Shown: piece by piece, positions 24,201 to 36,400 of the stretch
Position numbering within the stretch: the stretch's first letter is position 1
Layout of the letters: each line of letters begins with the position of its first letter
Source: Bilabrum cf. latius
Lineage: Eukaryota
Direction of reading: 5' to 3'
Length of the DNA stretch: 64,000 nucleotides
Assembly (NCBI GenBank): GCA_965178125.1
Contig: OZ237751.1
Span: 1,054,001 to 1,118,000, forward strand
Position numbers and translations under genes: made by a program
Notes under the pieces: model-generated
What the model was told of the DNA's origin: nothing
What the model saw: the letters and a program-made list of their open reading frames with translations, nothing else
The model's database searches: none

Positions 24201-26568
24201 AAAGGGGTCGGGAAGGAATGATGGAAGCAAGGATGGGCTGGGACCCGATTACACAAGGTTTCTTTCTGAGCGGCGCTGCGCCTGGAGGTGCTGCAAAGCG
24301 ACCCTGAATGTCCTCTGACTTTGATTCAAACTGATCGAATCTCCCACCGCCTTGGATCGGATGGAGGACGGATCGCGTAATCGGCCCTCTCTTGCGGAAG
24401 ATTGAGGCGGGCAGAGCGATCGGCAGTCCCCATCCCTGATCCACGGACTGGGGATAGGTCAGCTGTCAGGAGTGTGTGCTTGACAACATTGCTTGTACTA
24501 CATATTTTTTGGCTCAGTTAATCTTATTCAGTGACACAACGGCTGTGCACGCCACGCGTTCGAGATTCGAACACAGCCCCTCGTCCTTGACTTGTGGCAT
24601 CTCTAGTCCAGGTTGGGGCCAGCCGGCCCCTGCGTCTGGCTATGGCATAGATCTACCCATTTGGGGGAGGGCGGCAACAGGGATTGATGAGAGCGCCCTC
24701 GGCCGCCGACAACTTGCCCATCTCCGGTCACCCGACCTCCCTGGCATCGCCCGCCCTCTCCGTCCTATTGTCATGATCATCATGACTCATCGGATACTTG
24801 GAGAGGTCGCCGCATTCTGGCAGGGTGCTGGGCCACTCCCAACGATGCTGCTACGGATCGACTCTCGACCTGATTGCCACCAAGGTGCTGTGGAGGGCCA
24901 TCTCAGCCCACTGGCAGCTGGTGCATGATGAGGCGTGGTTGCCAACTGGCAGTGCCACCGTAACCGCCACCCACTGGCAGCGGCAGTGGCACGGCCGGGC
25001 ACTGGCTCCGATCGGATCGTATGCCGTCTTGCCAGTCACACTTACAACCTTACACAGCATCACCATGGATAGATCTTCACATGCTGAACATAGCACATCT
25101 GCAGAAAAGGTGAAAGAATCATTGAAAATACTAATCTAGGATGCTACTGGCCGGCAGGAAGCTGAATGCAACTACCGGTGCGAATGGCTCACCGCAAGAG
25201 TTTTCAGCCACCGTGGGGGCCAGCAGGCATTGTAACGAAGTATTTCTCGCGTCCATTTGGTGAACTCGTCCTTGCGAAAGAGTTCATGCCGAGTGCAAGC
25301 GCAATATCACAACAAATTGCTGTAGCATGCAACTCTGCATTGCTCGCAAAGTACGCTGGCGGGCACCTATACGGACCTGAATGGGGCATTCAATCTGGGT
25401 ATCGCGAGCATATGCGTGTATGCTTGTCTTACAAGAGGCGTTGTGCTCAACGTGGTGATGATGAGGATCCAGGCACCAGTGCCAGAGGAAGTGCAAGTAG
25501 CGCTGGACCCGCGCTCGCATCTAGTGCGTCGGACCTTAGCGATGATTAGCTTATCGCTGCACCCGCTGAAAATGCTCGACTTCATGTCAACCGGCCGGAC
25601 GATGAGCGCATTTTGGTCGCGTCGGCCGCCGGCAACAGGCCGACAGCTCTCTCGGGTTCACGTGCAGGCACGGAGCCTCGTGGCCGCTGCATCGGCTCGG
25701 GAGGGGGAGGAGCCACTGCCAGAGGTTCCGGAGGACCCTGCCCTCACTTATGCATCGCTTCGCATGCACCGCTCTAGCCTCGTGCAGACATTTCCCCCTC
25801 TCATGGTGGGTATCGGCAACCAGATGTCCTTTGCCGGAGATGCTCAAGGAGATTCTATTCGAAATTTGTTGCATCCTAGCAAAGGCGCGGATCTGGACGC
25901 GCTGCTGGAGGGTCGCAGCAGGGCGGGGGGCAAGACTGTGACTAACGTGGAGAGGTGGGGGAAGGACATCTCCTCTATCGAGGCGGCGGGGGTCGGGAAC
26001 ATGTACCAGCTCGTGTCGGCCTATTCGCTGGCCTTCACCATCTGGCATTGTGACGTGCACTCATCGCAGCTGGATTGCTCGGCAGAGGCGGAGAGGCAAA
26101 TGGTGACGGAGCACATCGGGCCAGCGATCGTGGCGCACTAGAGGGTCGAGACTCTAGAGTTCGCGAGGTTTAAGAACCTGATCGAATCCGTGAGGGGCGG
26201 GGGCCACCTACTGCACTCGGCATCCAAGATTATCTTATGCTCGGGGGGAGTCCTATAGCTGGCTCGAGCCAATTGCGGATGGAGGAGGATCCACAAGCAG
26301 TGCCGGTGATGGAGCCACCGGTGCTGCAGCTGAACCGCATGACCCCCTGAAGCTGGAGGGTGTCCGCACACTCGGGCCCAAGGACAAAGCAAGAGCAGAA
26401 GCTGCCTCAGAAGATGCTTCAAGCGGCTCTGCGGGGATCGTGTCAGGTGGCGGGATGGCCATTCGCCGGCCAGACGCACTTTCTCAGCTCCTGTCCATGC
26501 CGATCTGTGCTGTTGAGGCGCAGCCTTGGGTTGCTGCCATCGAGATGCAGGCAGTCCTCATGCTCCGA
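8881..26568 (+). repeat. Tandem segmental duplication, unit 1 (~17.7 kb)
   Basis: Collinear near-identity to 26569-45395, with offset 17,878-17,881 over the giant gene. Confidence 0.95.
9618..24221 (+). CDS. Giant (~4,748 aa) cell-surface receptor/adhesion protein, copy 1: signal peptide, kelch-like repeats, F-type lectin/F5-8C domains, sushi/CCP, cadherin repeats, IPT/TIG repeats, Cys-rich region, multi-pass TM domain, coiled-coil tail. Exons 9618-9819, 9944-10105, 10339-24221
   Basis: Ten listed ORFs (10359 to 22986) are all in one frame and are separated only by TAG at 12132, 13071, 14814, 14925, 17727, 19140, 20619, 20961, 22266 and 22983. Motifs NPWWRVDLG, DRNEAP/DANDAP (cadherin), T.GG..V...G.NFGP (IPT) and DYFQVLAIF..WP (TM region). 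Stop is TGA. Confidence 0.92.
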
Positions 26569-26900
26569 GGCTTCCAACAGCCCGAGTTTGTGCCAATTCC
26601 CAGAGTGGTGCGCATGCTCTTCCACTCAGGTCGCACTTGGCCTAGAGTGGCCCCGCGCCTGCCAGCCTCGTACAACCCCATCGGGCTGCCCGACCTGGGG
26701 ACGGATGGCATGAAGCGGATCGGCGCTCGCCCTGCTTTCCACAGAGGCGCTGTAGAGGGCCAGCTGGTGCATGACGATGAGACGGTGGTGCGTGCCCTGG
26801 AGGTCTTGGATGGACTCTACATGGCGCAACGCCGGCTGTAGCTGCTGCGCCCTGCCCGGGACAGGGAACTCTCAAGCCAGTCCCTCGGCCGCTTGTCCGT
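25150..26900 (+). pseudogene. Unknown gene family member with an internal ~0.93-kb deletion relative to the copy at 43-45.7 kb
   Basis: Matches ~42980-45676 except that ~44133-45063 is missing at ~26232. In-frame TAG at 26139 and 26839. Confidence 0.6.
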
Positions 26901-27497
26901 GAGTATACTTCACAGAGTGGTGTGCAGGTGGGCAGTCGATTGAGACCCGGATCATGTCGGTGGTTTGCGGAGGGCTCGTGTAACAGCTCGCAACTTGAAG
27001 GCTTCCCGTCTGGCGCTTTACGCAGTGCTTGGACGAGTTGACAAGTCGCAAGCGTAACAGAGATGACGTCGAAGGGATGAACAAGGAGTCAAAGGTAGAT
27101 ATGTTGGACGGGATGCGAGAAGTGGGAAACAGAGACAGAACGTGGGAGGGTGTGGTGCAGGTCTGGTGTTGTGGTGGGAACTGGAGGGGTTCAGCGATAG
27201 GCATGGTGGAAAGCAAATACTGCTATCGGAAGTATCAATAGTCAGACATAAGTCAAACGCGGTATTTTAGCCGTTATCTAGGTAGAGAGAGCAGCAAGGT
27301 CAAGCTAGAGCAAATTGGTAAGACGGGGTACTAGTAGCGCGTGCTTTCAAAGTTTGAGCATTACCAGATTTCACCCGCCGTCGCGTGCTCGACTCCCCGC
27401 TCCATTTGGTGTTCCGGGACTGCGGCTGTATCCGCAACCCGAGGACTGCATTTTTGATTCCCTTTTCAGTGTGTTTTCAGCTAGCACATTTTACCGG

Positions 27498-30400
27498 ATG
27501 CAGCGCGCACAGGTCGTGCTGTTCGCGGCCGTGGCAGTCTCCGTTGCGGCCTCCGACGTGTTCTATTCTGAGCTCTCGGGGCGCGGCGATGCCCTCAAGC
27601 GGCGCGATGAGGCCATAGCTGGGGCAACTGATGATAAGGCTCTTTTTGTTGAGGGTCGAATCGCCAGCAATGGCAAGCCTACGGTCATGATCGACGATGG
27701 TGAGCAGAACGCGTCGACGAAGTCGCTCAACTGCAACTGAAGGTTATGCGGTCGTTGCGTTGCAGCTTCCCATACAATAATAATCTTATTGGTTGATACT
27801 ACCCTATCATTCTTTGTTCGCAGAAGGAGTGGCCTCGAGCGAGGATCGAACCGGTACGGTCAGCCCAGCAGCGGTGACGGGCGCGGCCCACTCCGCCTCA
27901 GAGGACGCCGTGTACGTTTTTGGGGGCACCTCGGACGCTGCTTCTGGAAGCAAAGTGCTCAAAGATACCTACAAATTCACATACAGTGAGTGCGTGCCTA
28001 CATTGCTGCACATCGATCGGGGTTTGGGGGCGCAGAGGCCGCCACTGGCAGTGACGTCTGCCCGCAGGTCCGCCCACGTACATCCCGCTCCACGCTTTTT
28101 CCAGCCGATTGACTGCCGATCAGCCATGCGCTCGCTGGCACCTCAATCATTCCTACCCATGCATTTAGGATCATTGTGATTTTCGTCTTACTTTGGCACC
28201 CCTCATTCCCTCCCCGCAGGCACCAAGAGCTGGACCAAGATGACCATTGCCACTGACACGCGGGTGGTGGCCCGCACCGGTGCCTCCGCCGCCGTCCTGT
28301 CCGACTGTCGCGCAGAGGGTGACGAGTGCTTGGTGGTATTCGGCGGTCTCACCGGGACCAGCGCCGCCAGCCCGAACACGGACGTCCTCACCACGGGTGA
28401 ATCCACGGTACAGTGGCTCAATCCAGCAGGGGCCAAGGTGGGCGAGAAGCCCCCCGGGCTCATCCACGCCGCCATGGTGCCCGACCCCATGGGCCGGACC
28501 GCCGTCTTGTTCGGCGGCAAGACCTCGGCGGATGACGAGGACGCCACGGACGCCGTCTTCGCCATGAACTCGGCCGGCTGGAAGGACCAGTCGCTGCTTG
28601 CCAACATCGCGAGGGGCAAGTCCGTGTACATGACCAAAGCCAAGCAGCCCACCAACACGGGCCATGCCTTCCACCCGTCGAACGCCGTGGACGGGCGCAC
28701 CGCCAGCAACCGAGATGCGGGGTACTGCGCTCTGGCGGATCGGGTCAACAACCCAACCATCTCGGTGGATCTCGGGGGTGCTCGCACCGTCACGGAACTC
28801 GTCATTTACCCGCGAACGGACTACGCGACCGGGTACGGCAACACGGTCAACGCCCGGTTCGTGGTGAATGATCACCGCACAGACCCTCTCAACAGGGACG
28901 GCAACTGGCACGAGTGCGAGAGCCCCTACTCGAGCGGCAGGCTGCCCGTGCCCTCCCGCATCTCGTGCGGCAGCGTCACTGGGCGCTACGTCCACATGTT
29001 CCGCCGCGCCAACGATATCCAGCTGGACGTGTGCGAGATCCAGGTCATGGCCCCTCATCCCTACACGTGGAAGCAGTTCAACTACGGCGAGGTCGAGGTG
29101 GCAAGGAGCAAACCCACCGTGGGGACGCCCATCGCCCACAGTGGTGTGTGGAGCCGCATCAATGATGGGGGCAAGAACCAGAGGTACAATTCCGGTAAAA
29201 CGTGCACGCACTCTATCAACACCAAGCCTGCGGGCGAGACACACCACTGGATCCGGCTCGATCTGGGCAAGCAGTACCAACTCAACAGGGTGAAGATCTG
29301 GAACCGGTGGGAGGGCGAGGCCCTGGCTCGCCGCCTGCGCAAGACCGAGGTATGGGTGGGCAACGTGGGCGACGACTTCAAGCTCAACACAAAGTGCGCC
29401 CAGCTGCCCGACAACACGGCTACCGTGAATACGTACGAAACGGCCTGTGAGGGAACAGGGCGCTACCTGTGGGTGGCCAAGTCCTGGGCCGATACGGTCG
29501 ACGACAAGGTGCTTACGGTGTGCGAGCTCGAGGTGTACGCCAAGCAGATGCTCAACGTGCCGGCCGCCAGGTCTGGACACGCTATGACGCACCATCGGGG
29601 GGCGGGTTGGATCTTCGGCGGCATCGGCAAGGACGGCAATGCGCTGGGTGACCTGCACGCGCTGGACCTCGCGTCCATGACCTTCAATACGGCGCTTCAG
29701 GTCATCGGGGACCTGCGGCCCTCTGCCCGTGGGTTTGCAGCCCTGGCACCCGCGGGTCTAGAGTCGCTGGTGCTCGTGGGGGGGCGCACAGGAAGCTCGC
29801 TGGCATCGACTCGGGCCGAGAAGGACTACACCATCGCGCTGCCGCAGTGCCAGAGCATCAGCACCACCGGGGTGACCGACAGCGACTGCTACAGGGGCAG
29901 CTGCAAGTACACGTGCAACACGGCAGGCGACTACAGCCCCACCAACATGGCGGGAGGGCCCCCAGTGACGTGTGAGCTGTCTGGGTACTACTCTGGCTCG
30001 CTGCCCGTGTGCTAGGGCAAGGTCCCGACCAAGGTCACTGTCATCAACACCGGGACTGGCGACGTTAGCCGGCTGGTGGACGGCAACAGGAAGGTGCGCG
30101 TGGTGTGGAACACGAACGGCGTGCAGAACGGGTCACCCTCTACCTTCACTGGGTTTTTGGTGCGGTCCTCCTCCATGCACCTGGCAGAGAACTTTGACAC
30201 GATCTCGCAGTTGCCCCCCGGGTGGGAGTGGGACAACCGGCGCAGATCGGCAACCAAGATCACGATCGGCAGGAGCGCCAACGGGGATGGCTATTTGGAT
30301 CTTTCCATGGACGGCCAGGCAAACTGCTGGTGGAGCAACCAGAACTGCCCCCGTCTCCTCATCCCGCATCCCCACGGCATCATCAACCACAACATTCTTG

Positions 30401-33400
30401 ACACACAGAACCGGCACAGGGGCAACTCGTGGACGGCCGAGGTCCGCGTGCGCATGACCACGCTCCAGCCGGGGGCTGCGGCTGCCGGCCTTGGCATCGT
30501 GCAAGATTCCGGGTCGGACGGGAATCGCAACGCAAGGGTGCGTTTCATGTTCATGCTGCGGCGCGATCCGGGCGAGAACCGGCTCAAATGCCATGTGCAG
30601 GAGAACCAGGCCACTAAGGGTGACCGCTTCCTCCAAGGCACGGGGCCTCTCCAGAGGGACGTGTGGCTGCGCATGAAGTACGATGTGATCGGCAATCGAT
30701 TCACTTTCTTCTGCCGCATGAATCACGAGATGACGTGGCAAACGGTCATTTCCAATGGCCTCTTCCCAAATAGCCACGGCGGGGATCTCACCTTTGGCCG
30801 GGTGATCCTGACGGGCAAGAACTGGTCCAACCGGCAGCAGGTGTTCCGCTTCGACAGCTTTTCTCTGACGGTGGACGACTGCCCCTCCTCCGCGATCACA
30901 CGATTTATCCCCGCCGCGGATGCCAGGATCGGCACGACGACCAGGTACTAGGCCGACATCGGGGGCCTGACGGCCGGCGTGTACTACAAGATGCAAGTGG
31001 CTGCTGCCACAGAGGCCGGGCTGGGCGACTGGTCCGACTTCACCTACCGGTATCGTGCATCCCCCAACCTGGCCAGGCCCGCTGGCCTGTTCAACATGGC
31101 TCTGGGCAAGCCCGTGGCTGCATCAAGCTTCCTCAGATCCGGATTCGAGGCCCTGCGCGCCGTCGATGGACAGCGAAACGGGCCACTATTTCACTCGGCG
31201 TACAATGTAAACCCATGGTGGCGGGTGGACCTTGGCTCCCGCAAGCGTGTGTGGGAAGTGGTCATATACCAGCGGACGGACTCTTGCTGCAGGAGCCGCG
31301 GACAGGGTGGGATGGTGTACGTGAGCGACACGCCCAGCTGGTCAGCTGGCACCGCCTGTGAAGGCATCATGAACCCGCATGGCTCCAACCCGGTGGCCCT
31401 CCCATGCAACGCCATCGGCCGGTATGTCTATGTGCGGCTGCAGAAGACTGAGTTCCTGGAGCTGCGGGAGGTCGAAGTCATGGTGGACGAGAAGTGCGAC
31501 ACGAGAACCCCGCTCAACACCAACACAGAAGGCACGTGCACCGGAGCCAGGGACGGCGACTCGTGCACGGCCACGTGCCAGGCTGGCTACGCCAAGTCAT
31601 CGGGGGAGGAAACGGCCGTATGCAGGTTTGGCGAGTGGTCGGTCCCCGAGCCTGTGTGCGTCAAGCAGTGCTCCTCCGTTCCTGCCCCCTTGGGGACCGA
31701 GACGTGCACGCAGACCGTGGCTCGTGAGCAATTCACCAAGCTGGCCTCCGGGGCCGATCCTAACCTAGAGCCCATCCTGCGATTTGCCTCGCTGGACGAG
31801 GACACGTTCCCGCTGAACGAGTACTGGGGCGTTATCGACGGGCGCATGGTGGCGGGGGCTCCGGCCGTGGACGGGTCCATGGGCAAGTGCCTGCTGCCCG
31901 GCCAGGGGATGGTGGCCATGCTGCAGGACCCGGATCCCTCGGCCATCGACGGGTCCGTCAAGATCACAGTCAAGCTGGCGGGCGAGGATGACGCCGGCCT
32001 CGTGTTTGGGGCGGCGGGGCCAAGCACGTACACGTTCGTGTCCTTGGGCTTTGGCACGGGCAAGCACAGGCTGGTGAAACGGATAGGAGGCGTGGACATT
32101 GAGCTGGGCTCCTCCAGGGCATCGGTCCGCGCGCTGGACTCGTCCATCCCCATGGACAAGCACGAGCTGGAGGTGCGCCAGGACGGTGCAAGTCTGCTCG
32201 TACTGCTGGACAACGTGCGCCTGTTTCAGGTGGAGGACAAGGCCGCGCTGGTCGGAGACGTGGGGCTGTGGACGCAGGGCCGTGCCGAGTTTGACGACCT
32301 CGAGGTGCACACTGCGTGTCTGACATCTGGTGGCGCGGCAGTTAGCGGATGCAGGGACTTGTTTTACTAGGACACGTGCGGTTTCACGTGCAGGCAAGGC
32401 TTTGACCTCGTGGGACAAGAGCAAGTCAGCTGCAAAGCCGACGGATCGCTGTCCTCGGCTGCACCAGACTGCTCCATCCGGCCCCCAGTTGCTTTGGACC
32501 AGAACCGCACGGTGGTGGAGGAGTCGGATCGCAACACCGCTGTGGGTGACCCCTTGGTGGCCACGCTGGAAGCCGACGAGCAGATGGAGTTCTCTATCAC
32601 GGGGGGTGATCCGAATGGGGCCTTCAAGGTCGGTCTGTGCGACGGACTGATCCGTGTAAAAGACCCGCAGCTGATCAACTACGAACAGGTACAGGTGTAC
32701 AACCTGGAAGTGACTATCGGAATCAATAGGTACAGAGCCAATACGACTATCGCCGTGCGCGTGGATATCATCGACAGGAACGAGGCACCCTCCATGGACG
32801 CCCAGAGCTTCAACGTCTCGGAGAACTCGGCCTCTGGCACACTCGTGGGTCGGGCCCTTGAGGACCTAGCCGAGGATCCCGAGGATGACGACCTCACGTT
32901 TTCTTTGGATTTCGACGCCTCCAACGGGCTACTGCAGATCGACGCAGCTACGGGGCAGTTGAGCGTAAACCACTCGGCGCCAAGCGGAGCCACCGGTGCA
33001 TCGCACCCATTGGACTATGAGTCGCTGCCCGGGGACGGGTCCTACCTCCTCATCGTTCGAATGGTTGACGTGGCTGACAACCAGGCAAGCGCATTTGTGC
33101 GCGTGTCACTGCTGGACGCCAACGACGCCCCGCAGTTGGACAGAGGCGAGGCAGCCTATGCGTCGCTGCCCCAGCCGCAGATCGCCAGCTTTGACGAGAG
33201 TCGGGCCGATCCAGACGCAGTGACCGCCGGCGCCTTGATTGAGCTTAGCCCCGGTATCGCGGCCAGCGACCAGGACCTCGAGGAGTTTGAGTCTCCATTG
33301 GCATACCGCTTCACGTCCAAGGGGGCGCAGGGGAGCGCCGCGCTCTCTGGGCTGCTCACGAAGCTAGCTACGGCCGGGGGTACCCCTTCCTCTGCTTCCG

Positions 33401-36400
33401 GGCAGACGCTGCAGGGGATCGGAGGCGTGGACCTGTTCGCACTCAACTCCAGCACGGGCGTGATCTCCCTCACGGACGTGCCTAGCAACGACGGATGGTC
33501 CAACTCGGGCGATTTTCAGCCGTACCTTTCGCAGGACGCAGCCCCTCGAGGGCTGCTGGTGCGGGCCGAGTACGTTGTGGAGGTGGAGGTGTCGGATGGA
33601 AACGGTGCCACAGACACGCAGGACGTGCGCATCGTTGTTGGAGCCAACTCGTCCAGCATTCCCATCGTGCGGACGCTCTCGTGCGATGTCAACAACACAG
33701 ACGCCGACCCAGACCTGGACCGCATCAGCGGTGTCGACGGACAGGACGAGACTCTGGGCATGGACGAGTCGTACCCCTATCCCACCCGCGGAGGGGCGCC
33801 CTGCATCATCTCTGGTACTGGACTGGGCAGCAACATCAACGGGCTCCGTGCATGGGGCACCCGCACTGTTGGTGGGCAGGAGCAGGAGGTGGAATTCACT
33901 GGGTGCGTGATGGAAGAGGTCGGCCAGGTGATCCACTGCAACTCGCCGGAGGGATTTGGAGAGGGATTTGTCCTCCACGTGTTTGCGCAGGGACAGCCGG
34001 CGCTCATGGGTTCTCAGCTGCGCTTCGATTTTGCCAAGCCCAGCGTGACCACTGTGAGCGAGAGTGCACAGGCGTTGGCCACGGAGGGAGGGACCGAGGT
34101 AGTCTTCAAGGGCCGTAACTTCGGGCCCGCAGGTGCGGAGCAGGAAGTATCGTATGAAAACCAGAGGGGCCAGAAGTTCCAGTGCGCAGTACTTCCATCC
34201 TCTAGTCTACTCACGGGAGAGACGATCCACGACACGATGCGGTGCGTGGCGGCCGAGGGTGCTGGTGCGGAGCTGCAGTGGACGCTGCAGCTAGGCAACG
34301 AAACTCAGCTGGCGGTCAAGTCGGCGAGCGGGGCGGGAATGGGTGAGGAAGATCCACTGGTCAATAACATGCTGGCGGCCTTCAGCTACACGCCCCCACG
34401 CATCACGTCCCTCGCTCCGCTGGACAGGCGCGAGACGGATCTGCTGGCCCTGGACACCCGCGGTGGAGACACGTTGGTCATTGCGGGTACCAATTTCGGG
34501 CCAGCAACCGAGGCAGCAACAGTGCACCTGTCATACTCTGCATCCAGCGTGGTGCGTGCGATCGCAGGGAGCGGTGTGGGGCAGCTGGGCAGCTACGAGA
34601 CGACTATGGCCAGCTGCTACAAGCCCGAGGGAGGCATGCAGGCGCACAGGCTTCTGCATTGCGTGACCGCTCCAGGTGTGGGTCGCGGGGTGGTGCTGCG
34701 GGCAGAGGTAGCAGGGCAGATGTAGGGCTCTCCAACGTGCTATGACGGCGCCGTGGACGAGGGCGAAGCGTTCATCGACGACCAGGATGTGATGGACCGA
34801 TGCAACAACGGGACAGGCGTTGTTGGCTTCTTGTCTTATGCCCCGCCTACCATCGCGGCAGTCGTGGGGGCGGACGGTTCAGACACGAGGGGCGGGCAGT
34901 CCTTCACCATCCAAGGTACGGGTTTCGGTCCCGAGGAGCTAAGCGTGCAGGGCAGCGTTTCTGGTGTGAGGTATGGGCCTGCGAGTTCCGGCAATCTGCG
35001 GTACGACGCGACTTCAACGTGCCGTGTGACTGTTGCCGACACGGACATCGAGTGCGTGACGCTGCCGGGCACGGGCATGGATCTGGGCTTCTCCGTTGAG
35101 GTGGCCGGGCAGGCCGCATCTACTGGGACGCTTGCCACAGCTCATGCCTACGCACAGCCGGTGCTGGCTACGTTTGATGGCGAAGGGGCGGTTGATGCCG
35201 AGACGCCTGGAGGACAGACCATCGTACTGCGGGGCAACAACTTCGGGCCGATTTCCACTCCTCCCACGCCCATGGACGCCACGTACAACCTCGCAGTGGC
35301 AGGTGCAGGCACCACGACCTTCAATGCGACCGACTGCGTGCTGGTGGATGCGCACGTTACGATCGAGTGCAAGACGGCCGAGGGCGCAGGTAGGGCGCTG
35401 GCGTGGACCGTTGTTGTCGACTCGCAGCCCAGCCGCAGCCCCACGACCAACTATGAGGTGCCTGAGATCCTGGAAGTGCACCGACTGGGGCAGTAGGGTG
35501 AGCGGGTGGCAGATGCAGACGTGGATGGAGGAGAGACCCTAGTTCTCGTGGGCCGCGGGTTCGGGTCGCCTGACCTGCTGCTGATGGACCCAGAGACAGG
35601 CGAGTAGCACCCAGCGCTGCAGTCCGTCACGTATGGCCCATTGTCGGGGCGCGAGTACACGCCCGCGAGCGTGACGCACGTCTCGCACACGGAGATACAC
35701 ATTGTGACGGCCCCCGGCTGGGCGCGGATGGCCTTCTTCAGGGTTGAGGTGGCGGGACAGGCGTCCCCCCCAGGTAGCCCCGATGCCCCCGAGGCCACTT
35801 TCGATTTTGCCACGCCGATTATTGTCAGTATGACGCCTGAATCGACCCAGGACACGTGGAGTCCTCCAAGCACACCTCAGTCGGTAGTGCTGGTTACGCG
35901 GTCGCTGCCCCTGTCGGACCCGCTGTCCAGGCCCGTGGTGAGCTTCGGGGGGCACGTGCTGCGGCCCACGGCGGCCGTGTCCAACACGGACGGCACGCAG
36001 ACGGTCACCTTTGCGTTGCCCGAGCATGGGGGCGGATTTGCGGTCCCTGTGCGTGTGGGTGTTGCACCTATCGCGGGAGGGGACCGTGCGGCACCCGTCG
36101 GTGCTTCGATGTCTCAGCTGCTGGACGGCCCCACTGGGTCCTCGAGCACTACTTTCTTCCAGTATGATGCGCCGGCCGTGGAACGCATCGTAGTGACTAG
36201 GCCGGCGTGGTTGCAACCGGGGTACGTGGCTGGGGCCATGACCCCGATGGACGACAACTGCACGTTCGGCGCTGGCGACCCGTTCACGTGTACCGACCGC
36301 AACGTGAGGCAGGTGGTGATCCTGGGACGGGGTTTCTCCGCCCCGGCCGGGTTTAGGTCCGAAGCGGATCCCCTTGGCCTCCTGCGAGGGGACGCCTCCA

